Origin: an uncultured Rhodothermales bacterium
GTDB lineage: Bacteria; Bacteroidota; Rhodothermia; Rhodothermales; JANQRZ01
DNA length: 42,176 nt
Direction: 5' to 3'
Assembly (NCBI GenBank): GCA_964438105.1
Contig: CAYTJT010000002.1
Location: 1 to 42,176 of the forward strand
Every line of letters starts with the position of its first letter. Position 1 is the first letter of the stretch. Below, one piece after another: positions 28,636 through 38,394 of this stretch. Position numbers and translations under genes: made by a program. Below the pieces are notes generated by a model, which made no database searches, was not told the DNA's origin, and saw nothing but the letters and a program-made list of their open reading frames with translations.

Positions 28636-28647
28636 GGAACCTTGCCT

Positions 28648-28731
28648 GCCCACGTGGCGGAACCGGTAGACGCGCTACATTCAGGATGTAGTGAGCTAAC
28701 GCTCGTGGAGGTTCGAGTCCTCTCGTGGGCA
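28648..28731 (+). tRNA. tRNA-Leu (CAG)
   Basis: GCCCACGTGGCGGAACCGGTAGACGCG, anticodon arm CTACA-TTCAGGA-TGTAG, long variable arm, GTTCGAGTC, CGTGGGCA. Confidence 0.96.
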
Positions 28732-28750
28732 CAGGAGCTTCGCTCCTGAG

Positions 28751-28786
28751 AAGCGGCCCTCTCGATCTATGGGGGGGCCGCTTTTC
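28751..28786 (+). terminator. Intrinsic terminator after tRNA-Leu
   Basis: aagcggccctctc/gggggggccgctt stem plus TTTT; a second small hairpin lies at 28732-28748. Confidence 0.7.
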
Positions 28787-28846
28787 CATGGCCATATCGT
28801 AAAACCGTATTCTAGTTTGCCTCGGAACTAAAGCGCGCGGCGAGCC

Positions 28847-31246
28847 ATGCCCACGCGTGCCCGGCGCCCCCATCTAGAGGTACCCGTATTGAGTGAACAA
28901 AACGGTCTGCTTCGCCAACTCGGCTTCTGGGACGCGCTGACGATCGGCGTCGGCACGATGATCGGGGCGGGGATCTTCCTGCTCTCGGGCGTGGCCGTGG
29001 CGCTGACCGGGCCGGCCGCGATCTTCTCGTACCTCGCCGCCGGCCTCGTCTGCGTGATCACGGCCGCCAGCACGGCCGAGCTGGCGACGGGGATGCCGAC
29101 GTCGGGCGGCGACTACTACTTCGTCTCGCGCGCGCTCGGGCCGGCGTTCGGGGCGGTCTCGGGGATCGGGATCTGGCTGAGCCTCACGTTCGCGATCGCG
29201 TTCTACCTGTTCGGACTCGGCGAGTACCTCGCGCTCTTCTCCCCGCTGACGCCGTTCTGGGGCGCGTTCGCGGGGGGGCTGCTGCTCGTCGCGCTCAACA
29301 TCATCGGCGCGAAGGAGTCCGGCCGCCTGCAGGTGGTCATCGTGCTCATCCTCTTCGTCATCCTCGGCGGGTTCAGCGCCCTCGCCGCGTTCAACATCGA
29401 GGCGGGGAACTACACCCCGTTCTTCCCTTTCGGCACGACGCCGATCGCGTCGACGACGGCGCTCGTGTTCGTCTCGTTCCTCGGCTTCGTCAAGATTGCC
29501 GCCGTGGCCGAGGAGATCAAGGACCCGGCGAAGAACCTGCCGCGGACGCTGATCGGCTCGGTCCTCCTCGTGACGCTGCTCTACGTCATCATCGTGCTCG
29601 TCATCGCCGGGCTCTTCGAGCAGTCGACGATCGGGGCGGTGCGGGACCCGCTGACGGCGGCGGCGCGCTCGCTCCTCGGCCCGTTCGGCGCAGGCGTGAT
29701 CATCTTCGCCGGCCTCCTCGCCACGCTCTCCTCGGCGAACGCGAGCATCTTCGCGGCCTCGCGCATCAACCTCGCGATGGCGCGCGACCGGATGGTGCCG
29801 AACTGGCTCGCGGCGATCCACCCGAAGCGGCTGACGCCCTACCGCGCCATCCTCGTCACGGGCGGGCTCACGCTGGGGCTCCTGCTGATCGAGAACCTGG
29901 AGACGCTCGCGAAGACGGCGAGTGTGCTCCAACTCTACAGCTACGCCGCTCTCAACGTCGGCTGCGCGTTCCTCCGCGCGGCGCAGCCCGAGTGGTACCG
30001 CCCGACGTATCGGACGCCGGGGGCGCCGTTCGTCCAGGTCTTCGCCGCGGTCGCGTGCCTCGGCATCGTCGCGTACTCGGGGCTGTTCGCGCAGGCGGCG
30101 CTCGTCGGGCTGATCCTCTTCAGCCTCGGGTGGTACGCCGTGTGGGGGCGGGACCGCGTCGAGATCGAGCACGCCGTCTCGGCCTTCCGTGCGCGCTTCA
30201 CCGACGCGGGGTGGGGCGCGTTCGTCAAGCCGGCGCCGGTCTACACGGCCGAGGAGGAGGGCGCCATGCCCATCCGCGTAGTGGTCGACACGAAAGACCC
30301 GCGCCGCGTGCTCGTCGCGCTCGCCAACCCGGCCCACGGCGCCGACCTCCTCCGGATCGGCCGTTACGTCGCCACGGGCGCCGACGCGGGTGGCGACGTG
30401 CTCGGCCTGCACCTCGTCCGCGTGCCGCTGCAGACGCCGCTCACCGTCGCCCGCGACCGCTTCGCGGAGGAGCGCCCCGCGGTAGAGGAGACGCTCCGCC
30501 ACCTCGTCGGGAAGGCCCGGCGCGACCCGCGCGTGGACGGGGGGCTGCCCGTGCCGCTCGGCGAGACCACGATGGGGAGCGTCACGGACGTGGCCCACGA
30601 CGTGTTCGAGGGGCTCGTCGCCGGCACGCCGGGGCGGCGGGCCGACCTCCTGCTGATGGGCTGGCGCGGCGGCTTCTCCGGGCGGCGGCGCAGCGAGACG
30701 CCGGTGAAGCGCGTGATCATGGACACGCCCGCCGACCTCGCCGTGCTCCGCGACCGGGGCGTGGCGCAGATCAAGTCGATCCTCGTGCCGTGGGGCGGCG
30801 GCGTGCACGCGCACCTCGGGCTCGAACTCGCCGTCCGGATCGCCCGCGCGACGGGCGCCGCCGTCCACCTCCAGCGGATCGTGCGGACGGACGTGGACAC
30901 GGCGCAGGAACGGCTCGGGCTGGTCAAGGACGTCGCGCACATCGTCGAGGACTACAACCCCGTGCTCTACCACGTGGACCGCGCCGACGGCGTCGTCGAG
31001 GGGATCGACAAGCGGCTGGCGGCGGAGACCTACGACCTCGTCATCATCGGGGCCTCGCACGAGTGGTCGTTCCGGACGGCCGTGTTCGGGACGATCCCGG
31101 ACATCGTAGCGGACCGGGCGTACTGCTCCGTGCTGATGGTGCGTCGCTACCTCCCCGAGCGCCTGACGACGCGCGTCGCCGAGCGCGTCAAGCGGCTCAA
31201 GGAGGCGGTCGGGATGACGACCTCGCCGGAGGAAGGCGCGGCCTGA
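28847..31246 (+). CDS. APC-family amino acid permease fused to two universal-stress-protein-like domains
   Basis: GTMIGAGIF, AEEIKDPAKNLPR, ASRINLAMARD; cytoplasmic RVLVALANP, ILVPWGGGVHA, VIIGAS; alternative TTG start at 28889. Confidence 0.9.
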   Translation: MPTRARRPHLEVPVLSEQNGLLRQLGFWDALTIGVGTMIGAGIFLLSGVAVALTGPAAIFSYLAAGLVCVITAASTAELATGMPTSGGDYYFVSRALGPAFGAVSGIGIWLSLTFAIAFYLFGLGEYLALFSPLTPFWGAFAGGLLLVALNIIGAKESGRLQVVIVLILFVILGGFSALAAFNIEAGNYTPFFPFGTTPIASTTALVFVSFLGFVKIAAVAEEIKDPAKNLPRTLIGSVLLVTLLYVIIVLVIAGLFEQSTIGAVRDPLTAAARSLLGPFGAGVIIFAGLLATLSSANASIFAASRINLAMARDRMVPNWLAAIHPKRLTPYRAILVTGGLTLGLLLIENLETLAKTASVLQLYSYAALNVGCAFLRAAQPEWYRPTYRTPGAPFVQVFAAVACLGIVAYSGLFAQAALVGLILFSLGWYAVWGRDRVEIEHAVSAFRARFTDAGWGAFVKPAPVYTAEEEGAMPIRVVVDTKDPRRVLVALANPAHGADLLRIGRYVATGADAGGDVLGLHLVRVPLQTPLTVARDRFAEERPAVEETLRHLVGKARRDPRVDGGLPVPLGETTMGSVTDVAHDVFEGLVAGTPGRRADLLLMGWRGGFSGRRRSETPVKRVIMDTPADLAVLRDRGVAQIKSILVPWGGGVHAHLGLELAVRIARATGAAVHLQRIVRTDVDTAQERLGLVKDVAHIVEDYNPVLYHVDRADGVVEGIDKRLAAETYDLVIIGASHEWSFRTAVFGTIPDIVADRAYCSVLMVRRYLPERLTTRVAERVKRLKEAVGMTTSPEEGAA

Positions 31247-31248
31247 CC

Positions 31249-31286
31249 GCCCGGCGGCCCAGCCCGGCGGCCCAGCCCGGCGGCCC
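31249..31286. repeat. 13-bp tandem repeat x3 (gcccggcggccca)
   Basis: Copies at 31249, 31262 and 31275. Confidence 0.8.
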
Positions 31287-31325
31287 GCTCGGGGAGTTGG
31301 CGAATGTCGAGGCGATTGCCGTTCT

Positions 31326-33002
31326 TTGGGCGACGCGTTTCTCCTACCAACCCCGCTCGATGTGGAACTTGGTCTCGGCGTACTCGACTGGGCCGTCATC
31401 GGTCTCTACTTCCTCCTCGTCTTCGGGGTCGCCATCGGGTCCACGCTCCGCGAGCGGCGCGGCGAGGAGACCTCGGCCGACTACTTCCTCGCCGGGCGGA
31501 ACGTCGGGTGGTTCGTCGTCGGCGCGTCGCTGTTCGCCTCGAACATCGGGAGCGAGCACCTCGTCGGGCTGGCCGGATCCGGTGCCGTTTCGGGCATGGC
31601 GCCGGGGCAGTTTGAGGTCCTCGCCTCGCTGATCCTCCTCCTCCTCGGGTGGGTGTTCGTGCCGTTCTACATCAAGAGCGGCGTGTTCACCATGCCGGAG
31701 TTCCTGGAGAAGCGCTACTCGGCGGGCGCGCGGTGGTACCTCGCCACGATCTCGATCATCGCGTACGTCCTCACCAAGATCTCGGTCACGATCTTCGCCG
31801 GCGCCGTCGTCTTCAGCGCGATCGGCGTGCCGTTCTGGACGGGCGCGCTCATCGTCGTCGTCGCGACGGGGGCGTACACCGTCTTCGGCGGGCTCCGCGC
31901 CGTGCTCTACACCGACCTCATCCAGACGTTCGTGCTGATCGGCGGGGCGCTCGCCGTGACGCTCCTTGGGTTGGGCGCCGTCGGCGGGTGGAGCGGTCTC
32001 GTGGCGGGCGTGCCGGACGGGTTCCTCGACATGTGGAAGCCCGCCTCCGACCCCGACTTCCCGTGGACGGGCATCCTCTTCGGCGCGCCGATTCTCGGGG
32101 TGTGGTACTGGTGCACGGACCAGTTCATCGTGCAACGCACGCTCTCGGCCCGCAACATCGACGACGCGCGGCGGGGGACGATCTTCGCGGGGCTGCTGAA
32201 GCTGCTCCCCCTCTTCATCTTCGTGCTGCCCGGCCTCATCGCGTACGTGCTCGTGCAGGACGGCACGATCGCGCTCGCCGACGAGAACGAGGCGCTCCCG
32301 ACGCTCGTGGCGACGCTGCTGCCGGTGGGGCTGCGCGGGCTCGTGATCGCCGGCCTCCTCGCGGCGCTGATGTCGAGCCTGTCGAGCGTGTTCAACAGCT
32401 GCTCGACGCTGATCACGTGGGACGTCTACCGCAAGCTGAACCCGGCGGCGAGCGAGCGGCGGCTGGTGTGGGTCGGGCGGCTCTCGACCGTCGTCCTCAC
32501 GGTCCTCGGGCTGCTGTGGATCCCGCTCGTGGAGGCGGCCGAGGGCGGGCTCTACGTCTACATCCAGTCGGTGCAGGGCTACATCGCGCCGCCGATCGCG
32601 GCGGTGTTCCTCTTCGGGCTGCTCTGGAGCCGGCTCAACGCGCCGGGCGCGCTCGCGTCGCTGCTGACGGGGTTCGTGCTCGGCCTCGCGCGGCTCACGC
32701 TCGAGTCGGCGCAGGTGGACGCGGGCCTCTTCACGGACGTTAACTTCCTGCACTTCGCGATCCTCCTCTTCGTGATCTGCACGGCCGTGCTCGTCGGGGT
32801 GAGCCTGGCGACGGCCCCGCCGCCGCGCGAGCAGATCGCCGGGCTGACGTTCGCGACGGCCTTCCAGAAAACGCTCGCCGAAACCCAGGACGATCGGATC
32901 TCCGCTACCGCCGTCTCGACGCCGTCGCGCCGCCGCATCGATGTGGCGTTCTCCGCGGTCGTCGTGCTCCTCGTCGGCCTGGTGTGGCTGTTCTTCTCCT
33001 GA
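31326..33002 (+). CDS. Sodium:solute (sugar, SGLT-like) symporter
   Basis: YFLAGR, SLFASNIGSEH, TMPEFLEKRY, WYWCTDQFIVQR, AALMSSL; start uncertain. Confidence 0.92.
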   Translation: MGDAFLLPTPLDVELGLGVLDWAVIGLYFLLVFGVAIGSTLRERRGEETSADYFLAGRNVGWFVVGASLFASNIGSEHLVGLAGSGAVSGMAPGQFEVLASLILLLLGWVFVPFYIKSGVFTMPEFLEKRYSAGARWYLATISIIAYVLTKISVTIFAGAVVFSAIGVPFWTGALIVVVATGAYTVFGGLRAVLYTDLIQTFVLIGGALAVTLLGLGAVGGWSGLVAGVPDGFLDMWKPASDPDFPWTGILFGAPILGVWYWCTDQFIVQRTLSARNIDDARRGTIFAGLLKLLPLFIFVLPGLIAYVLVQDGTIALADENEALPTLVATLLPVGLRGLVIAGLLAALMSSLSSVFNSCSTLITWDVYRKLNPAASERRLVWVGRLSTVVLTVLGLLWIPLVEAAEGGLYVYIQSVQGYIAPPIAAVFLFGLLWSRLNAPGALASLLTGFVLGLARLTLESAQVDAGLFTDVNFLHFAILLFVICTAVLVGVSLATAPPPREQIAGLTFATAFQKTLAETQDDRISATAVSTPSRRRIDVAFSAVVVLLVGLVWLFFS

Positions 33003-33029
33003 GCCGACCCCGCTGACCCAGGTGCCGCC

Positions 33030-33299
33030 GTGGATGATCCTTCGCTGCTCGTCACCGCTCTCGGTTTCGCCGCCGCCGTGCTCACGACGCTCTCGTTTCT
33101 GCCCCAAGTGCTGAAGGTGTGGCGCTCGCGCCGGGCCGACGGCATCTCGCTCGGGATGTACGGCTTGTTCTGCGCGGGAATCGCGCTCTGGCTGGTCTAC
33201 GGGCTGCTCACCGCCGACCTCCCGATCATCGCGGCGAACGCCGTCACGCTCGCGCTCGCCGGGAGCGTGCTCGTGCTGGCGATCCGGTATCGCCGGTAA
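33030..33299 (+). CDS. SemiSWEET (PQ-loop) sugar transporter
   Basis: LTTLSFLPQVLK, ISLGMY, LWLVYG, PIIAANAVT; three TM helices. Confidence 0.9.
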   Translation: MDDPSLLVTALGFAAAVLTTLSFLPQVLKVWRSRRADGISLGMYGLFCAGIALWLVYGLLTADLPIIAANAVTLALAGSVLVLAIRYRR

Positions 33300-33367
33300 C
33301 GCGCGGGTTGCCGATGGATACGGCGGGCTCGCTATTTTCCCCTCTCCACCTTGCCTTCCTCTCCTCG

Positions 33368-34546
33368 ATGCCCCGCTCGCGTCCCCTGCGCTACGGGATG
33401 GCCGGCGGCGGACCCGGCGCCTTCATCGGCGAGGTCCACCGCAGCGCCGCCCGCCTCGACGGCCTCGCCACGCTCGTCGCCGGGGCGTTCTCCTCCGAGC
33501 CCGAGCGCTCGCGCGAGTTCGGCCGCACGCTCGGGCTCGACGCGGACCGCGCGTACGGCTCGTTCGAGGAGATGGCCGAGCGCGAGGCGGCCCGCCCCGA
33601 CGGCGACCGCGTCGACTTCGTCTCGGTCGTGACGCCGAACCACCTCCACTTCCCGGCGTGCCGGGCGTTCGTCGAGCGCGGTTTCCACGTCGTCTGCGAC
33701 AAGCCGATGACGACGACGCTGGAGGACGCCGAGGCGCTGTGCCGGCTCGTCGCCGAGCGCGACGTGGTCTTCGCGCTCACGCACAACTACACCGGCTACC
33801 CGCTCGTCAAGCAGGCCCGCGCGCTCGTCGCCGACGGGGCGCTCGGGCCGATCCGGAAGGTGATCGTCGAGTACTCGCAGGGCTGGCTCGCGACCCCGCT
33901 CGAGCGGACCGGGCACAAGCAGGCCGGCTGGCGCACGACGCCCGACCTCGCGGGCTCGGGCGCGCTCGGCGACGTCGGCTCGCACGCCGAGAACCTCGCG
34001 CGCTACGTCACCGGGCTCGGCGTCGAGCGGCTCTGCGCCGACGTGAGCACGTTCGTCCCCGGCCGCCGCGTGGACGACGACGCGAACGTGCTCCTCCAGT
34101 TCGAGGGCGGCGCGAAGGGGATCCTGCACTGCTCCCAGGTCGCGGTGGGGGAGGCGAACCGCCTCACGCTTCGGGTCTACGGCTCCGAGGGGTCGCTCGC
34201 GTGGGAGCAGGAGGCGCCCAACGCGCTCCACTTCCGCGCGCTCGACGGCGCCGAGCGGACCTTCCGGCGGGGCGCCGCCGACCTCGCGCCCGCCGCCCGC
34301 CACGCCACGCGCCTGCCGCCGGGCCACCCCGAGGCCTTCCTCGAAGCGTTCGCGAACGTCTATACTTGCGCGCTGCGGACGATCGAAGCGCGCCGCGCGG
34401 GCGACGCCCCCGACCCGCTCGACCTCGACTTCCCGACGGTGCAGGACGGGGCCGTCGGCGTCCACTTCATACAGACCGCTCTCGACAGCAGCCGGCGGGG
34501 CGAGTGGGTCGACGCATCGTACACGCCGCCGATCTCCGAACCCTGA
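33368..34546 (+). CDS. Gfo/Idh/MocA family oxidoreductase
   Basis: [44 protein letters not shown]. Confidence 0.92.
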   Translation: MPRSRPLRYGMAGGGPGAFIGEVHRSAARLDGLATLVAGAFSSEPERSREFGRTLGLDADRAYGSFEEMAEREAARPDGDRVDFVSVVTPNHLHFPACRAFVERGFHVVCDKPMTTTLEDAEALCRLVAERDVVFALTHNYTGYPLVKQARALVADGALGPIRKVIVEYSQGWLATPLERTGHKQAGWRTTPDLAGSGALGDVGSHAENLARYVTGLGVERLCADVSTFVPGRRVDDDANVLLQFEGGAKGILHCSQVAVGEANRLTLRVYGSEGSLAWEQEAPNALHFRALDGAERTFRRGAADLAPAARHATRLPPGHPEAFLEAFANVYTCALRTIEARRAGDAPDPLDLDFPTVQDGAVGVHFIQTALDSSRRGEWVDASYTPPISEP

Positions 34547-34551
34547 CTCTC

Positions 34552-36603
34552 ATGCTTCGTTTCCTGTTTCCCCTCGTCCTCGCAACTGGCCTCGTCGTGC
34601 CTACCTCGGCCCAAATCGCTATGAACTCGATCCAGTCCGTTTCGTCGCCCGATGGACTTCTGCAGGCCACCGTGACGGTGGATGCCGACGGCGTGCCCCG
34701 CTACGAGGTGGCGTACGACGACGAACCGCTCGTCCTCCCATCGCGCCTCGGCGTCGTGCTCGGCGGGGGCGACACGCTCGGCGTCGGGATGCGGATCGCG
34801 GACGCCGCGACGGCGACGCGCGACGAGACGTGGACGCAGCCGTGGGGCGAGGTCGAGACGATCCGCGACCACCACAACGAGCTGCGGGTGACGTTCGAGG
34901 AGGTCGACGGGGCGCGGCGGATGGACGTCGTCTTCCGCGTGTTCGACGACGGCGTCGGCTTCCGCTACGAGTGGCCCGACGCGCTCGGCGCGTTCGAGAT
35001 CATGGACGAGCTGACGACGTTCCGCTTCCCCGGCAACCCGACGGCGTGGTGGATCCGGGCGTACGAGCACAACCGCTACGAGTACCCCTACGAGCAGAGC
35101 CCGCTCACGCGCGCCGCCTACGTCCTCCACACGCCCGTGACGATGGCCTACGCGGGCGGCCCGTACGTCGCCCTCCACGAAGCCGCGCTCGTCGACTACG
35201 CCGCCATGCAGCTCCGCCGCGTCGGGCCGACGGCGTTCCAGGCCGACCTCACGCCGTGGTCGACGGGGGTGAAGGTGTACGCCGAGGCGCCGCACCGCTC
35301 GCCGTGGCGGACGATCCTCGTCGGCGACACCGCGGGCGACCTCGTCACGAACTACGTCGTGCTCAACCTCAACGAGCCCAACGCGCTCGGCGACGTATCG
35401 TGGGTCGAGCCCGGGAAGTACGTCGGGATCTGGTGGGCGATGCACCTCGACAAGTGGACGTGGGGGAGCGGCCCGCGCCACGGCGCGACGACGGAGCACG
35501 CGCGCGCATACATCGACTTCGCCGCCGAGCACGGGTTCGACGGCGTGCTCGTCGAGGGGTGGAACCTCGGGTGGGACGGCGACTGGACGCAGAACGGCGA
35601 CATCTTCTCGTTCACCGAGCCCTACCCGGACTTCGACCTCGAAGGGGTGGCGAGCTACGCGCGCGAGCGCGGCACGCGCCTCGTCGGGCACCACGAGACG
35701 AGCGGGCACGCGCCGAACTACGAGTCGCAGATGGACGAGGCCTACGCCCTCATGAACCGGCTCGGCGTCCGCGTCATCAAGACGGGGTACGTGGATTGGG
35801 GGATGGGCTTCCCCCGCGTCGACGGGCCGGGCGTCGCGCCGGGCGATACGGTGATGGAGTGGAACACGGGGCAGTACATGGTGAACCACTACGCGCGCTC
35901 CGTCGAGGCGGCGGCGCGGCACCGCATCGCCCTCAACGTCCACGAGCCGGTCAAAGACACCGGCCTCCGCCGGACCTACCCGAACTTGCTCAGCCGGGAG
36001 GGCGCGCGCGGGCAGGAGTACAACGCGAACTGGGGGGGCGGCAACGGCCCCGAGCACATCCCGACGATCGTGTTCACGCGGATGCTCTCCGGCCCGATGG
36101 ACTTCACCCCCGGCATCTTCGACCTCGACGGCGAGGGCCCCTACACCAACCACGTCCCGACGACGCTCGCCGGGCAGCTCGCGCTCTACGTCGTGCTCTA
36201 CAGCCCCGTACAGATGGCGGCCGACCTGCCGGAGAACTACGAGCCGCACCTCGACGCGCTTCAGTTCATCAAAGACGTGCCCGTCGACTGGGCCGACACG
36301 CGCGTGCTCGAAGCCGAGATCGGCGACCACGTCACGATCGCGCGGAAGGACCGTGCGTCCGAGGACTGGTTTCTCGGCGCGAAGAACGCCGCCGACGCGC
36401 GGACCGTCGACGTCGCGCTCGACTTCCTCGACCCCGGCCGGGCCTACACCGCCGAGATCTACCGCGACGGCGCGGGGGCCGACTGGGCATCGAACCCGCT
36501 CGATTACGTCATCGAGACGCGGGACGTGGAGGCGGGGCAGCCGTTCCGCGTGGACCTCGCGCCCGGCGGCGGGCTCGCCGTCCGCTTCCGCGCGGCGGAA
36601 TAG
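34552..36603 (+). CDS. Glycoside hydrolase family 97 (SusB-like alpha-glucosidase) with signal peptide
   Basis: GKYVGIWW, LVEGWN, GHHETS, KTGYV, VHEP, RTYPN, REGARGQEY, GPMDFTPGIF. Confidence 0.93.
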   Translation: MLRFLFPLVLATGLVVPTSAQIAMNSIQSVSSPDGLLQATVTVDADGVPRYEVAYDDEPLVLPSRLGVVLGGGDTLGVGMRIADAATATRDETWTQPWGEVETIRDHHNELRVTFEEVDGARRMDVVFRVFDDGVGFRYEWPDALGAFEIMDELTTFRFPGNPTAWWIRAYEHNRYEYPYEQSPLTRAAYVLHTPVTMAYAGGPYVALHEAALVDYAAMQLRRVGPTAFQADLTPWSTGVKVYAEAPHRSPWRTILVGDTAGDLVTNYVVLNLNEPNALGDVSWVEPGKYVGIWWAMHLDKWTWGSGPRHGATTEHARAYIDFAAEHGFDGVLVEGWNLGWDGDWTQNGDIFSFTEPYPDFDLEGVASYARERGTRLVGHHETSGHAPNYESQMDEAYALMNRLGVRVIKTGYVDWGMGFPRVDGPGVAPGDTVMEWNTGQYMVNHYARSVEAAARHRIALNVHEPVKDTGLRRTYPNLLSREGARGQEYNANWGGGNGPEHIPTIVFTRMLSGPMDFTPGIFDLDGEGPYTNHVPTTLAGQLALYVVLYSPVQMAADLPENYEPHLDALQFIKDVPVDWADTRVLEAEIGDHVTIARKDRASEDWFLGAKNAADARTVDVALDFLDPGRAYTAEIYRDGAGADWASNPLDYVIETRDVEAGQPFRVDLAPGGGLAVRFRAAE

Positions 36604-36613
36604 GCCCACAGCG

Positions 36614-36651
36614 GGGCTCCCGACACGTAGGCGGGCTCCCGACACGTAGGC
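36614..36651. repeat. 19-bp perfect tandem duplication (gggctcccgacacgtaggc)
   Basis: Copies at 36614 and 36633, just after the GH97 stop. Confidence 0.85.
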
Positions 36652-36759
36652 GGCGGAATCGCCCACGACGCGCTCGGGTCCGCCCCCGCCGCGTCGCCGC
36701 GACCGGAGGCGCATGTTGCCCCTGCATCCGTGCGCCCTCCGAACCCGCTCGCCGCCGCC

Positions 36760-37671
36760 ATGCTCCGCATCCAACAGGTCCTCCTCCCGACCGACCGCAC
36801 CGCGTGGTCGGAAGCCGTCTTCGCCCACGCCGCCCGCTACGCCCGAGACCACGGGGCGAGGCTGCACGTCCTCACCGTCTCGGCGGGCAGGGACGAGGAG
36901 GAGTGGGAGCCGGTCACGGCGCCCCCCGCCGACGCCGACGCCTTCACCGAGCGGCTGCACGAAGCCGCCGCCGACGCCGTGGGCTTCGAGGTCGTGCACG
37001 CAGACCACGCGGCGCCCTCCGTCTCGCGCGGCATCCTCGACTACGCCGAGCGCATCGACGCCGACCTCATCGTGATGGCGACGCACGGGCGGCGCGGCGT
37101 GGACCACGCCCTCATCGGGAGCATCGCCGAGGCGGTCGTCCGCCGCTCCCCGTGCCCCGTGCTGACCGCCCGCCCGACCGCCGAGCACACCGAGACCAGC
37201 CCTCGCCGCGTGCTCGTGCCCGTCGATCTGTCCGTCCACGCTCGGCGCGCGCTCGCCTACGCGCGCGAGATCGTCGAGGGCACGGGGGCGGAGGTCCACC
37301 TCGTCCACGTCGTGCAGCCGTACCCGAACTACGGGGTCGTCGATACGCCGCCCGCCGAACAGTCGCTCACCGACGCGGAGCGGCAGGCCGCCGAGACGGA
37401 GTTGCGGGGGCTCGTGGGCGAAGTGATGGGCGACGATACGCCCGTCCGGCTGCACGTCGAGTCCGTGCTCGGCAACCCCGCGCTCGTCGTGCTCGACCTG
37501 GCCGAACGGCTCGACATCGACCTGCTGGTGCTGGGGTCGCACGGGCGAAGCGGGATCCGCCGCTTCTGGCTCGGGAGCGTGACGGAGAAGGTCGTGCAGC
37601 TCGCGCCGTGCCCGGTCTTCACGGTCAAGGTCTTCGGGAAGTCGCTGCTCCCGACCGTCCCTGTGGAGTGA
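36760..37671 (+). CDS. Tandem universal stress protein
   Basis: VLLPTD, IVMATHGRRG..GSIAEAVVRRSPCPV; second domain VLGSHGRSG..GSVTEKVV. Confidence 0.93.
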   Translation: MLRIQQVLLPTDRTAWSEAVFAHAARYARDHGARLHVLTVSAGRDEEEWEPVTAPPADADAFTERLHEAAADAVGFEVVHADHAAPSVSRGILDYAERIDADLIVMATHGRRGVDHALIGSIAEAVVRRSPCPVLTARPTAEHTETSPRRVLVPVDLSVHARRALAYAREIVEGTGAEVHLVHVVQPYPNYGVVDTPPAEQSLTDAERQAAETELRGLVGEVMGDDTPVRLHVESVLGNPALVVLDLAERLDIDLLVLGSHGRSGIRRFWLGSVTEKVVQLAPCPVFTVKVFGKSLLPTVPVE

Positions 37672-37705
37672 TCCGAGAGCGGGCGCGCCACCGGGCACGA
37701 CGAGC

Positions 37706-38119
37706 TCAGAGCTCGCGCTCGTAGCCGGCCGTATAGCGGAGCAGGTCCGCCGTCGTCACGATCCCCACGAGGCGGCCCTCGTCGAGCACGGGGAGCGCGG
37801 AGACGTCGTGGTGCAGCATGGTGTCGGCGGCCTCTTCGACGGACATGAGCGGGTCGGCGGTGATGACCTGCCGCGTCATGATCTCGCGGAGGGGCCGGTC
37901 GACGTCGGTGCCCACGTCGGGCTCGTACTCGTGGAGGCCGAGGGAGGGGCCGGCGGCGCGGAGCACGTCGCGGTCGGAGACGACCCCGAGCAGCCGCTCG
38001 TTCTCGACGACGGGGAGGTGGCGGAACCCGCCTTCGCGAAAGCGGTCGCGGGCCTGGAGCACGGTTTCGTCGGGCGAAGCCGTCTCGGTGTAGGGGGTCA
38101 TGATATCGCGGACAGTCAT
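37706..38119 (-). CDS. CBS domain pair protein (AcuB-like)
   Basis: VRDIMT, RHLPVV..GVVSDRD, ALPVL..GIVTTADL. Confidence 0.9.
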   Translation of the reverse strand: MTVRDIMTPYTETASPDETVLQARDRFREGGFRHLPVVENERLLGVVSDRDVLRAAGPSLGLHEYEPDVGTDVDRPLREIMTRQVITADPLMSVEEAADTMLHHDVSALPVLDEGRLVGIVTTADLLRYTAGYEREL

Positions 38120-38394
38120 CGCCGTAGGGGAGGTGAGGTGAGCGGGAGTGCACTACGACACTACGGACCGAACCGCACGCGCCCCGTGCGGAGGCGCCGC
38201 GCCGTTTTGCCGTCCGAAGCAGGGTCTCCGTGTCGGGGATGCCCCGACGCGCGGCGGCGACGGGGGATGGGGAGCGCCCCGAGCACGGGTGCGGGCGCCC
38301 GCCCGCAGAGAGATGCGGGATGTGCGTGCAGCGGGAAGACAGGAAGCGGGGGAGGTTGAGGGCTCGTGTCCCTCAAGCCTATCCGCTCGCCGTC

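Noticed and set aside
9174-28731. Prophage or integrative element at any of the three tRNAs
   Set aside because: No integrase, phage genes or duplicated tRNA 3' ends seen; core genes such as holB lie between
4473-37724. Very long alternative-frame or antisense ORFs (e.g. 4473-7226, 5240-7672, 22730-25954, 34360-37698, 34830-37724)
   Set aside because: Arg/Pro/Gly-rich or antisense shadows of real genes, expected in high-GC DNA with few stop codons
38120-38394. ncRNA or CDS in the CBS-SDR divergent gap
   Set aside because: No recognisable RNA motif or coding signal; most likely divergent promoter DNA
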